Positions 6,485 through 16,025 of a DNA stretch of 32,747 nt are shown here, one piece after another. Position numbers and translations under genes: made by a program. A model generated the notes under the pieces. The model saw nothing but the letters and a program-made list of their open reading frames with translations. It was not told the DNA's origin and did not search any database. Positions within the stretch are counted from its first letter, which is position 1; each line of letters begins with the position of its first letter. Origin of the DNA: an uncultured Oscillospiraceae bacterium (GTDB taxonomy: Bacteria > Bacillota > Clostridia > Christensenellales > CAG-314); NCBI GenBank assembly GCA_964474475.1, contig CAYYTD010000002.1, positions 1 to 32,747 of the forward strand, written 5' to 3'.

Positions 6485-7276
6485 ATGTTTGAAGTAATTG
6501 TAACTTACGTAATGTGCGGCTTGTTGGGCTTGTGCGTGGGTAGCTTTCTCAACGTGGTTATTTACCGAGTTCCCAACGGAATGAGCTTGGCAAAGCCCTC
6601 CTCTCACTGCCCCAACTGCGGATACGTACTCAAATGGTACGACAATATTCCCGTGTTGTCTTACCTTATTCTTGGTGGCAAATGCCGTGGATGCAAACAG
6701 CACATATCCTTTAGGTACACTTTGGTAGAGCTGCTCAACACTGCGTTGTGGCTGTTGTGCGCGTGGCAATTCGGCTCAAATATTTTCTACTTGATAGTCG
6801 CTTGCCTGTTTTGCTCGGTGCTAATTTGCGTGACCTTTATCGACATCGAACATCAGTACATTTACGACGTGTTTCAGTGGATTTTGCTTGCGCTGGCAGT
6901 GTGCGCCCTGTTTGCCGATTGGAACGGCATTGTGTGGTGGCACAGGTTGATAGGCGGAGGAGTCGGTTTTGCCTTTTTCTTCATCTTTTACGGTGTTGCG
7001 TACTTAATTTACAAGCAAGAGGCAATGGGCTTTGGCGATGTGTTGCTTGCCGGGGTTTGCGGCTTGTTTTTGGGCTGGAAGAACTTCATCGTTTCGGTGA
7101 TAGTGGCAAGCTTGGTAGGCAGCGTAACTTTGCTTGTGTTGAGAGCAAAGCGTAAAGACGACAAAAAAACGGAGTATCCCTTTGCTCCCTTTATTGCTTT
7201 GGGGGCGGCAGTCGCTTTGTTTTTTGGTGATTATATAGTCAGTGCATATACTTCTTTAATCGGCTTGGGCGCGTAA
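6485..7276 (+). CDS. pilD: Prepilin peptidase (A24 family)
   Basis: GSFLNVVIYRVP, CPNCG...CRGC, WYDNIPVLSYL and GFGDV aspartyl-protease motifs. Multiple TM segments. Confidence 0.95.
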   Translation: MFEVIVTYVMCGLLGLCVGSFLNVVIYRVPNGMSLAKPSSHCPNCGYVLKWYDNIPVLSYLILGGKCRGCKQHISFRYTLVELLNTALWLLCAWQFGSNIFYLIVACLFCSVLICVTFIDIEHQYIYDVFQWILLALAVCALFADWNGIVWWHRLIGGGVGFAFFFIFYGVAYLIYKQEAMGFGDVLLAGVCGLFLGWKNFIVSVIVASLVGSVTLLVLRAKRKDDKKTEYPFAPFIALGAAVALFFGDYIVSAYTSLIGLGA

Positions 7277-7319
7277 TTTTGCTTGAGCAAACTATTTAAT
7301 TTTAGCAGAGGATGTTATT

Positions 7320-8561
7320 ATGCCAAAGTACAAATATACGGCGGTAAACGTCAAAAAAGAAAAGTTTACAGGCACTTTCATTGCCGAGAACGAACAAGAT
7401 TTGTCCGAACAGCTTGCCAAGCAAAGTCTGTACTTGGTTTCTTGTTCCATCTATTCCGACAAAACGCCCTCTTCGTTTTGGACGCTTGGTTCGGGAAAGG
7501 TGTCTTACGAAGAACTTGCGGCTTTTTGCCGCCAGTTTGCAACCATGCTTAACGCAGGCATAACCATAATAGACAGCTTGGAAAGCCTAATTCAGCAACC
7601 CTTTTCTTCCTTTTTCAAGAAGATAATGGAGCGCGTGTACGAAGACGTCCGTTCGGGCAAGATGCTTGCCGAGGCGGTAGATACGCACAAAAAGGTGTTC
7701 CCCAATTTCTTCCGCAGCATGCTGTACATAGGCGAAGAAAGCGGCAAGTTGGAACAGGTGCTTTTGTCGCTGGCGGATTATTACGAGCGCGATTGCAAGC
7801 TGAAAAAGCAAGTAAAGTCGGCAATGGCGTATCCCATCATGTTGGGCGTTTTGCTCATAGGCATCATTGCCTTAATGATGTTGTTCGTGGTGCCCACATT
7901 CCGCAGCGCCATGGGCAAGATGGATGTTGAGGTTACCGGTTTGACTGCCGTAGTGTACGACATGAGTGACTTTTTCCTTTCCGAATGGCGCACCATCGTG
8001 CTGGTGCTTTTCGTCGTCGTTGGCGGATTGTTGCTTTTTGGCTTGACCAAGAAAGGAAAGTACTTTTACTCTATGCTAAAGGTAAAATTGCCTCTCATCG
8101 GTCCCGTAACTACGGATATGATAACGGCTCGGTTTGCACGCGGATTTGCCTTGTTAATTTCCAGCGGTATGGATGCCGTTGAGGCGTTGAAGGTAATCAA
8201 CGTAGTGTTGGACAATCCCTATATTGAAAAGAAGTTTGCCAATGCGGTTGATTGCGTTTGTCAGGGTATGAGCCTTACCGAGGCGTTCAAGCAACAAAAA
8301 ATGTTTCCCGATATGCTTATCCAAATGATAAGCGTCGGCGAAAAAACCGCCGGCTTGGAACAGGTTTTGAATAGGTCCTTCAACTACTTTGACGACAAAG
8401 CCGAGCGCGCGCTAACTAGTGTTGCGGCAAAAATCCAACCCATCATGATTATCATCATGGGCGTGGTTGTAGGTGCCATGTTCTTGGCAGTATACTCTCC
8501 CATGTTGGACATAATGAACAACATCGGCAACGTTGGCAGTTACGATGTGCCAAACGTGTAG
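7320..8561 (+). CDS. pilC: Type IV pilus platform protein (GspF/PilC family)
   Basis: GAGGA RBS. The T2SS-F repeat signature (ELAAFCRQFATMLNAGITIIDSLESL) is duplicated later as FARGFALLISSGMDAVEAL. Three TM segments. Confidence 0.92.
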   Translation: MPKYKYTAVNVKKEKFTGTFIAENEQDLSEQLAKQSLYLVSCSIYSDKTPSSFWTLGSGKVSYEELAAFCRQFATMLNAGITIIDSLESLIQQPFSSFFKKIMERVYEDVRSGKMLAEAVDTHKKVFPNFFRSMLYIGEESGKLEQVLLSLADYYERDCKLKKQVKSAMAYPIMLGVLLIGIIALMMLFVVPTFRSAMGKMDVEVTGLTAVVYDMSDFFLSEWRTIVLVLFVVVGGLLLFGLTKKGKYFYSMLKVKLPLIGPVTTDMITARFARGFALLISSGMDAVEALKVINVVLDNPYIEKKFANAVDCVCQGMSLTEAFKQQKMFPDMLIQMISVGEKTAGLEQVLNRSFNYFDDKAERALTSVAAKIQPIMIIIMGVVVGAMFLAVYSPMLDIMNNIGNVGSYDVPNV

Positions 8562-8631
8562 TATTGCAGTACAACAAGCAGTTTTTTAACAAACAAAGTT
8601 CTTTGCACGTAGCAAAAGGAATACATTCCAT

Positions 8632-10323
8632 ATGAATTTGAATTACGAATTATTGTTGTTTTTCGTTTATAGAAAAATAATTAAACGTAAAGACGTAGAG
8701 CCTATTATGGCGGCATGCAAAAAGCTTCAATTACCCGTTGAAACTTACCTGATTGCCAAAGAGTATTGTACCGAAGTTACCGCGCTCGAGGCAATGGCGG
8801 ATTTCTACTGCATGCCCTGTTGCGAATTGGACATGCTCGACATCGACGAGGATTTGTTTGCGCAGTTCGGCTACGATTTCATGAAAAAGCACAAGGTCAT
8901 TCCCGTTTGTCGCAACAAGAAGGGAGTGTTGTTGCTTGCCGTGGCACGTCCGCTCGATTGCAACGCCGTGTCGGCAATCAATTCCCGCTTTACTTGCCCG
9001 TTGGATTTCGTCCTTGTGCCGGCAGTTCAAATAGACAGGCACATCGACTCCATCGTTGCGGTAATTTCCACCTCAACCGCTCTTGACGACCTCAATGCTG
9101 AAAAGGACAAGGAACTGGCAAAGGCAAACAACGCTGGCGACTTTAACGGCGTTGGCAAGGAAGACGACGTAATTAACACTTCCGCAGTGCGCTTGGTCGA
9201 TTCTATCATTCGTGAGGCAATTCCCTACCGCGCAAGCGACATTCACATTGAGCCCTTCGAAAAGGTAGTTAAAGTGCGTTACCGCATCGACGGCGATTTG
9301 CAACCGCGTGCGGAGTTCCCCATCGAAAGTTACGCTGCAATTTGCGCGCGTATTAAAATAATTTCCGGCATCAACATTGCTGAACGCCGCGTTCCGCAAG
9401 ACGGCCGTATCAACATGATCATCGGCGACAAGGAATACGACTTCCGCGTGTCGTCGTTGCCCACCGTTTACGGCGAAAAGTTCGTTATTCGTATTTTGGA
9501 CAAAACTTCCTTCAACTTTACTCGTGCCGACCTTGGCTTTACCGACAGGGAAAACGCCATTGTCGATAAGATTTTGGAGCGTCCTCACGGCATAGTGCTG
9601 CTTACCGGCCCCACCGGTTGCGGAAAGAGCACTACGTTGTACTCCTTCTTGAAGGAAATCAACAAGCCCAACGTAAATATAGTTACGGTTGAAGATCCCG
9701 TGGAATACACCCTGTTTGGAGTAAACCAAACTCAGGTTAACACCAAGGCAAATATGACCTTTGCTTCCGCCCTTCGCTCCATTTTGCGTCAAGACCCTGA
9801 TATTATCATGATAGGCGAAATTCGTGACGAAGAAACGGCGCAAATAGCCATTAGAGCGGCAATTACCGGGCACTTGGTATTTTCTACGTTGCACACCAAC
9901 GACGCTCCCGGCGCAATAGTGCGTTTGGAAGACATGGGCGTAGAAGATTACCTCGTATCCGATGCGTTGGTTGGCGTTATTGCCCAACGTTTGGTCAAGC
10001 GTTTGTGCCCTGCATGCAAAAAGAAGGGCAAAACCACCGCCAAGGAAATGGAATTGCTCGGCATAAAAGAGCCTGTGACGATTTATCGTCCGCAAGGCTG
10101 TCAGTTCTGCAACGAAACGGGCTACAAAGGCCGTATTGCCGTTCACGAAATAATGCATCTCAACGACGAGATGAGACAAGTAATATCCAAAGAAAAGACT
10201 ATTGAAGGATTGAGAAACATCGCTTTACAAAACGGCATGCACACCCTGTGGGATTCCTGCAAGGAGTACGTGTTGGCAGGGGTAACCAGCCTGCAAGAAT
10301 TGGTCTCCCTTTCCGTCGAGTAA
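8632..10323 (+). CDS. pilB: Type IV pilus assembly ATPase (GspE/PilB family)
   Basis: Walker A GPTGCGKST, Asp/His boxes, and tetracysteine CPACKK...CQFCNETGYKGR. N-terminal T2SSE_N-like region. The start could instead be Met26 (8707). Confidence 0.93.
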   Translation: MNLNYELLLFFVYRKIIKRKDVEPIMAACKKLQLPVETYLIAKEYCTEVTALEAMADFYCMPCCELDMLDIDEDLFAQFGYDFMKKHKVIPVCRNKKGVLLLAVARPLDCNAVSAINSRFTCPLDFVLVPAVQIDRHIDSIVAVISTSTALDDLNAEKDKELAKANNAGDFNGVGKEDDVINTSAVRLVDSIIREAIPYRASDIHIEPFEKVVKVRYRIDGDLQPRAEFPIESYAAICARIKIISGINIAERRVPQDGRINMIIGDKEYDFRVSSLPTVYGEKFVIRILDKTSFNFTRADLGFTDRENAIVDKILERPHGIVLLTGPTGCGKSTTLYSFLKEINKPNVNIVTVEDPVEYTLFGVNQTQVNTKANMTFASALRSILRQDPDIIMIGEIRDEETAQIAIRAAITGHLVFSTLHTNDAPGAIVRLEDMGVEDYLVSDALVGVIAQRLVKRLCPACKKKGKTTAKEMELLGIKEPVTIYRPQGCQFCNETGYKGRIAVHEIMHLNDEMRQVISKEKTIEGLRNIALQNGMHTLWDSCKEYVLAGVTSLQELVSLSVE

Positions 10324-10397
10324 CGGAAAAATTTTGGCGGCATTTGCCGCAACCCCCTTTTGGTTGTTAGTTTTCAAGCGAGTACGGAGAAAAATCA

Positions 10398-13148
10398 ATG
10401 GCGTATCAACATTTTTATTCAAGAGTGCCTTCCAAAGTAAGCATGTTCAACAAAGCCGACGGGTTTGATACCTTTGCTTCGTCGTCAATTTTTTCGCGCA
10501 GTTACGTCGACGACGAGCTTGTCCCCGTGCTTAACTATGCCCCCGGCAAGTACGAGGCGTCTTACATTCGCACGGGCAGTTTGCCTCCCGTTTACTGGCG
10601 TTACGTGGGCAGTCAAAGGCAGGTTGTCGTTAGTTGTGTCAGCTTTATGCCTCGTGATTACACCGGTGAGCGTAGCAGCTGGCTAATTCACACCCTCGTG
10701 CCCAACGACGACGAACGCGCCTCAATCAGCCGCGCAACGGACAGGCAAATTATCAATCCCGAATGTTTTACTACGGACATTTCCGGCTTCAAAATCACTT
10801 ACGCCAACGCGTCCCCGATAAAGGATTACCCCGAATTGGCTTATTCGCCTTTGCGCGTTACGGACGTAGAGCAGTTAACTACTCAGTATTCCTCCTCGCA
10901 ATTAAAAAAGTTAATTTACGCTTTGCTTGCCGTTGCTTGTGGCAAGTGCAAGGCGGTTTACATAGGCGCCGGCAAAGATATGCAAACCATTTCGCAAGAG
11001 GCGCTTGCGTTGATGAACAGGCTTTTGCAGGTATTTCCGCACAACGTGCGGGACAGAATACCCTTCATCACTTACACGACGGAGTACAACAAGCTAAATA
11101 CTTTTGCCGTCAAGTTTTTGCCTTCCGATTGCATGACCATGCCGCCAAGCAAAGGCATTCGTTTCGATTTGCCGTCGAAGGAATCGGACGGCATCAAAGA
11201 GGCGGATTTTGCCTCTGCGCAAATGCTTGTAGAGTTCTTTTACAGTTTGCTTGCGGACAAGCCTTTGCGCCTGCGTTTCGTCAAGTACGCTTTGAGAGCG
11301 GCCGAAACGGACAAAACGCTGCAGGAACCCAACTTTAAAAATCTCAACGCCATCGTTACACTTTTCAAGCAGGTATCCAAGGCGTATACCGAAAAGCAAG
11401 TTTTGCCCGACGATGCACGCGTGTTGGAAATGTTTTCCATTTACGAAAAGTATCGCAACATACTTTCGCCAAAGGAAAGATGCACCGTGTACGGAAGTTT
11501 GGAAAGGTACATTAGGTTGCACCAAGCCATTCCGTCGGCAGTCTTCACCAAGGTGAGCAAGCTGTACCCCAAGGAAACGCCTCACGTCAAGTCGTGTGTT
11601 ATGCGCATAATGCTAGAGATGATTCACACAGACATAATGCGCGACAAGCTTTTTGCATTCATCAAGAACAATTTCGATGCCGAAAACGCCCGCGGCAAAT
11701 CCATTATTTGTCGCCACCTCATTAGGGTTTATTACGGCGGATTTTTGCAACATCAAATTCTTTCTTTGCTGGATGGCTGCTTTGCCGAACAGTCGGAGGG
11801 AACGCAGGATTTCGTTTTGGAAAAACTGTTGTTGTCCATTCGCACGCAGGACGTTCGTTTACAGCTATTTGAATTTTTTGAAAATCAATACGGTGTATTT
11901 ACCGAAGAACAAAAGAAAACACTGTACAAAACGTTGCTGTCGTCGTTAGACGAAGCGGACGAATTGAGCGTTGCCGTGGTGCAATTTGTCGACAAGCACG
12001 TTGGCAAAGAGCCCAAGGAAGTATCGCAGTTGGTCGCCGACCAAATAGTGAGTATTTTGGATGCCGAGTGCCGCCGCGAAAACGAATTGATCAAAGTGCT
12101 GTCGGCAAGCAATGGTTTTTGTCTAAACGCCGTCTTGCCTTCTGTCCTTTCGTGGACTTCTCGCAAGGTTTTTGCCAAGTACGTCGACATAGTGTCTTCC
12201 GCCAACGTTGCAAAGGCAACGGAAATGCTGTGCAACTGTTTCGTTGCTGTGCCTTCTCCGTCGGCAGAGGCAGTTAGTGGTTTGAACAGGGCGGTTGATG
12301 CTCTTGCTGGCAAGCAACCTACAGTGGACTTTTTCCGCCTTGCCGATGCCTACTCCAAGGTGAAAAGGTTTGTTTCGGCAAAATCTAACAGCGTGTGGAA
12401 CAAGCTTGCCGATAGGCTTGCCACCGACGTGTTGCAAGTTGCGCTTTGCTCTCGCGTGCTGGATTGTTTTTGCATCAAACCGCAAGTTGGTTACGTAGAA
12501 AAAGCCAGCAAATTTATTGCCGCTAACGAATTTTTACAAAGTGAACCTCTTTCGCAAGCCGTTTGCGCGGCCAAATGTGTTTTGGACGGCGAATTGCCCT
12601 CCGCCAACATGAAAGGTCTGTGCAAGTTGCTCGGCTACAAGCGTGAGCGCGAAAGCTTCGTGCAGTGTCTCGAAGAGATTCTTGCCGATAGCAAAAACAA
12701 AATTTCGGCAGATAAGGACGTGGAGTATCTCGTTGACGTTTGTGCGCTGGTTTCTTTGCTTGGCAAGGGAAGTTTCAACTGGGAGGACGTTTATCGCCTT
12801 TGCTTTGCCGGAACGCAACGCAAATACGAAATTGCCTTCAAAGAGGATGCCAAAAAGCTTGCAAATGCGGCAAAGTATGCTTCGGTAGATGCGCTTGTTC
12901 AAGTGCTTCGCTGCTGTGCGCGTATGCGTGCATCCGATGCTCCGCAGCAGGTTCGCAACGTGGTTATCGGCAACGACAATAATTCGCTGTCCACGCTCGT
13001 CGCAAAATACACTTCTTCCTACGGCAAAGGCATTCTCAAAGAGGTTGCCGATATTTGCGTGGACGTTGCCGACGACGAAGTTATGGCAATCGTCAAGCCT
13101 GCCAAAACGGGAATTTCGGCCTTCTTTGAAAAGCTGTTTAAAAAGTAA
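10398..13148 (+). CDS. Large cytoplasmic protein of unknown function (916 aa): ~250-aa alpha/beta N-domain plus ~650-aa helical region
   Basis: GGAGA RBS at 10386-10390 and ATG at 10398, 75 nt after pilB on the same strand. No TM segment, no P-loop, and no family motif I can name. Confidence 0.75.
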   Translation: MAYQHFYSRVPSKVSMFNKADGFDTFASSSIFSRSYVDDELVPVLNYAPGKYEASYIRTGSLPPVYWRYVGSQRQVVVSCVSFMPRDYTGERSSWLIHTLVPNDDERASISRATDRQIINPECFTTDISGFKITYANASPIKDYPELAYSPLRVTDVEQLTTQYSSSQLKKLIYALLAVACGKCKAVYIGAGKDMQTISQEALALMNRLLQVFPHNVRDRIPFITYTTEYNKLNTFAVKFLPSDCMTMPPSKGIRFDLPSKESDGIKEADFASAQMLVEFFYSLLADKPLRLRFVKYALRAAETDKTLQEPNFKNLNAIVTLFKQVSKAYTEKQVLPDDARVLEMFSIYEKYRNILSPKERCTVYGSLERYIRLHQAIPSAVFTKVSKLYPKETPHVKSCVMRIMLEMIHTDIMRDKLFAFIKNNFDAENARGKSIICRHLIRVYYGGFLQHQILSLLDGCFAEQSEGTQDFVLEKLLLSIRTQDVRLQLFEFFENQYGVFTEEQKKTLYKTLLSSLDEADELSVAVVQFVDKHVGKEPKEVSQLVADQIVSILDAECRRENELIKVLSASNGFCLNAVLPSVLSWTSRKVFAKYVDIVSSANVAKATEMLCNCFVAVPSPSAEAVSGLNRAVDALAGKQPTVDFFRLADAYSKVKRFVSAKSNSVWNKLADRLATDVLQVALCSRVLDCFCIKPQVGYVEKASKFIAANEFLQSEPLSQAVCAAKCVLDGELPSANMKGLCKLLGYKRERESFVQCLEEILADSKNKISADKDVEYLVDVCALVSLLGKGSFNWEDVYRLCFAGTQRKYEIAFKEDAKKLANAAKYASVDALVQVLRCCARMRASDAPQQVRNVVIGNDNNSLSTLVAKYTSSYGKGILKEVADICVDVADDEVMAIVKPAKTGISAFFEKLFKK

Positions 13149-13324
13149 TAAATAACGAGCGCACAATACGCAAAACAAAGCAATGGTTGCAAGCGGCTCA
13201 AAGCATTGCCCGTTTGTTTAATGTTTAGGGACGTGTGCTTCTGCGCTTGTAAACTCAATGTGCGTATTAAAAAGTGTTGTGAATAGTTAACAATTTGCCG
13301 TAGAGTCATTACGGTAGAGTACAG

Positions 13325-13361
13325 AAAATCCCCTCGGAAAGAGTTTTTCCGAGGGGATTTT
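13325..13361. terminator. Bidirectional intrinsic terminator between convergent genes
   Basis: AAAATCCCCTCGGAAA (13325-13340) pairs with TTTCCGAGGGGATTTT (13346-13361) as a perfect 16-bp stem flanked by A/T runs. Confidence 0.85.
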
Positions 13362-13429
13362 GGTTGTACAAAATCTCGTTTGAACTTTGTCGTATTTAAT
13401 TTTGACGGGTGTTAATCGACAACATCGTT

Positions 13430-14338
13430 TTAGGCCTTGTCAAAGCGCTTGTCCTTGCCGTTAAGCTTGGCAACGAAGGTTTGCTTTTGGTCAATCAGCC
13501 TCGAGAATACTCGTTCGTCGTATTTTTCTCGTAATTGCGCAAGGCTCAGGTTGGTAGAAATAAACGTTTGCTTGCCTGCCGTCATACGCTCGTTGAGCAA
13601 AATAAAGGTGTATTCGGCAGTTACGTTTTTGTAGGTTTTTTCGGTGCCGAGGTCGTCTATTACAAGCACATCAACGTCCGTCAGGTTGTCTAACACGAGT
13701 TTTTTAGTTTGCAAATCGCCAAGATAGCATTCCAAAAACAAGTTGTTAAGTTTGTAAGCGGTAACGAACAATACGCTTTGGTTTTGCTTTGCGCATCTGT
13801 TTGCGCAGGAACACAGCAAGTAGGTTTTGCCCGTGCCGGTGGGGCCAAGCAACAAAAAGTTTTTCAAATGCTTTTCGTCGCACAGGCGCTTTGCCATTTT
13901 GTAAATTTTCACGTTTTCCGGTTGGTTTTCCGTCGATGCTTCAAAGGAACAGTTTTCAAGCGGAATGTTGCTTTGCGACAGAATTATGCTCCGCATTTCT
14001 TCAAGCAAACAGCTGCACGCCTTGCCGTCAACGTAGCCCGTGTCGTTGCATTTTGCGCAGGAATAGTGCGGCTCAAGGTCGCCTGCCGAAACGTGGTACT
14101 TTGCAAGTAACTCGTTGTATTTTGTCGTGGCTTGTTCAAGCTCGGCTTTAGCTTGTTGCATTTGTTCGTCTGTGCCAAGGGCAAGTTTCACCATGGCTTG
14201 TCGCCTAACCTTTTCGCATTCGGCAAAGTCGGCGTGGGAACGTAACGCTTCAAGCGTTTTTTCGCACTTTTCTTCGGCAAGATAGCGGCGACAGTCAATT
14301 TCTCTTTTAGATAGCTCTATCAGTTGAGATTTGTTCAT
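13430..14338 (-). CDS. dnaI: DnaI/DnaC-type helicase loader ATPase
   Basis: Walker A GPTGTGKT, Walker B VLVIDDLG, N-terminal Zn motif CAKCNDTGY...CSC. TAATG overlap with the upstream gene. Confidence 0.85.
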   Translation of the reverse strand: MNKSQLIELSKREIDCRRYLAEEKCEKTLEALRSHADFAECEKVRRQAMVKLALGTDEQMQQAKAELEQATTKYNELLAKYHVSAGDLEPHYSCAKCNDTGYVDGKACSCLLEEMRSIILSQSNIPLENCSFEASTENQPENVKIYKMAKRLCDEKHLKNFLLLGPTGTGKTYLLCSCANRCAKQNQSVLFVTAYKLNNLFLECYLGDLQTKKLVLDNLTDVDVLVIDDLGTEKTYKNVTAEYTFILLNERMTAGKQTFISTNLSLAQLREKYDERVFSRLIDQKQTFVAKLNGKDKRFDKA

Positions 14339-15792
14339 TATTCCTCCGCATCGTCTAACGACGTAAACAGCGCATTAAGCTGATCTTCGGTGTATTCTCT
14401 TCGTTCAATGTCCATTCCGCCAACGTATGCGGTTGTTGCCGCTGCCTGCTTGGCTGCACTTTCGTGCGGGGTGTTCTTGGCTTGTTCTACGGAGCAAATT
14501 CCCTTTTGCTTGTAGTCGGACAAAACCCTGTTCACGTACGCCATGGGCGATGTGGTTCCCGATGCTTTTTGAGATGCAAAATATATCAGTTCTTCGGGCA
14601 TTTGCCAATTTTGAGTCCAGGTTTTGTACAGGTTTCTGTCCGAAGGCGTAACCTTTCTTTCCAAACCGCAACAGTTAAGCACTTTCAGTATTTTTTCGTC
14701 CGTTCGCGTAACGGTTTGCAAGTATTCGTCCAAGGCGGCAAGCGTGGTTACGCCGTTTTTGTATAGTTTACTTATCACCGACGACATGCCTGCAAGCGTG
14801 CGAATGCCGCTGCGGAAGCAATATTTGGCTATGGCAAGGATGGTTTCGTCATCAAATCCCTTGCGAAGCCAATCGGTAAGATATTCGTCCACTACGGCGT
14901 CAAGGCTTTGGTAGTACACGCCGATGGCTTTGTTTACGCTGCGTGCCAATTCGTACAAACGGTTTTTTTCGTTTTCGTAAAAGTCAATTTCTTTTACGGA
15001 CAACGCACCCTTTTTGTAGTATTCGCACAGGCGCGAATCCAGCTTGTTCATTCCGCCCGACTTGGTCTTTTTGGCTACGGCGGTTATTACGTCTTGGGTA
15101 AAGCCAAAGTCTTTGGTCCATTTTTCGTAACGTTCGCGGTCTTCGTATTCAAATTTTCTGTTTAACGCCAGCGCCTTGAAGAGAATTTTAAGGTCGTCGT
15201 CGTATTTTTGTTGGCTGTTCAGGTTGTCTTGAACGGTTGCCAGAGTGGTGGCGCCTTTCGTTAGTTGATTTCTTGCAACGGTTAGTATGTACCTGTAGTT
15301 AATGGACGTCCCTTTCAGTTCGGCACAGTACTTTGCCACGGCAACTAACGCATCCGGTTCAAATGTGGTATTTTCCAAAAAGGTGTAATACTCGTTGTAT
15401 TCGTTGGGGGTAATCATTCTTCCCTCCAACACCTGTTGAATGTCTTTGCTGAATTTTGCGTACTTGGAGGGTTTGATTTTTTTTAATGCCGATGCGGAGT
15501 TTCTCATGGCAAGGTACACCACACAAGGGGGATTGTCCCCGGTGAGATGCACGAGGCCAAGTTCTTCCCAATATAAAAAGGCGTCCAGCACGTCTTGTTC
15601 GCTTATGCCCAACTTGTTTGCGATGGTGGCGCAGCCGTTGTCGGCACCGTTGCTGTCGCAAAGTACAAGCCCAAGCAAATAAACCGCACTGCGCACGTCG
15701 GGCGCATCGGGCAGATAGTTGATTATAAATTTGTTTTCAACGCTTGTAACGCCGTTTTCAACAAGTTGTTTTTCTTTGTCGCAAAATTTCAT
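14338..15792 (-). CDS. DnaD-domain replication initiation/helicase-loading protein (Bacillus DnaB-like, not the helicase)
   Basis: 484 aa with repeated DnaB_2/DnaD-like segments (LGISEQDVLDAFLYWEELGLVHL; later helix-rich repeats). GAGGG RBS. Coupled to dnaI. Confidence 0.75.
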   Translation of the reverse strand: MKFCDKEKQLVENGVTSVENKFIINYLPDAPDVRSAVYLLGLVLCDSNGADNGCATIANKLGISEQDVLDAFLYWEELGLVHLTGDNPPCVVYLAMRNSASALKKIKPSKYAKFSKDIQQVLEGRMITPNEYNEYYTFLENTTFEPDALVAVAKYCAELKGTSINYRYILTVARNQLTKGATTLATVQDNLNSQQKYDDDLKILFKALALNRKFEYEDRERYEKWTKDFGFTQDVITAVAKKTKSGGMNKLDSRLCEYYKKGALSVKEIDFYENEKNRLYELARSVNKAIGVYYQSLDAVVDEYLTDWLRKGFDDETILAIAKYCFRSGIRTLAGMSSVISKLYKNGVTTLAALDEYLQTVTRTDEKILKVLNCCGLERKVTPSDRNLYKTWTQNWQMPEELIYFASQKASGTTSPMAYVNRVLSDYKQKGICSVEQAKNTPHESAAKQAAATTAYVGGMDIERREYTEDQLNALFTSLDDAEE

Positions 15793-15819
15793 TATTTCCC
15801 TCGTTTTTTGCGGAAAGTC

Positions 15820-15848
15820 TTGCTAATTTTGAACCCATAGTTTATAAT
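15820..15848 (+). promoter_or_regulatory. Candidate promoter for the coiled-coil gene
   Basis: TTGCTA at 15820-15825, 17-nt spacer, TATAAT at 15843-15848. This implies a ~170-nt leader. Confidence 0.35.
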
Positions 15849-16025
15849 ATAAGTTAATATAAGCGGTTGCTTTGCCGTCGTGTTAAACGATATTCGTTGC
15901 GGTTGTCAACCTTCGTAGGCGCAAGTCGATTTTTCGTTAATATCGTCTGCGATAAATTTTAACACAAAAACACGACCTTTTCAACAGATTTATTAGAACT
16001 TGGTAAAATATTCAATGAGGAAACT

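Noticed and set aside
10939-10977. Possible P-loop in the 916-aa protein (GKCKAVYIGAGKD)
   Set aside because: It does not fit GxxxxGK[ST] and lacks a downstream Walker B. It is probably coincidental.
13430-15792. DnaD-domain plus DnaC-like pair as a prophage or plasmid replication module
   Set aside because: No integrase, repressor, structural or other phage genes are nearby. The composition is like the neighbouring genes, and the sizes (484 and 302 aa) fit the chromosomal Bacillus-type DnaB/DnaI pair. The alternative cannot be fully excluded without wider context.
16001-16009. Extended -10 (TGgTAAAAT) just upstream of the coiled-coil gene as its promoter
   Set aside because: Transcription would start at or inside the GAGG RBS (16017-16020). 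The promoter at 15820-15848 is more plausible.
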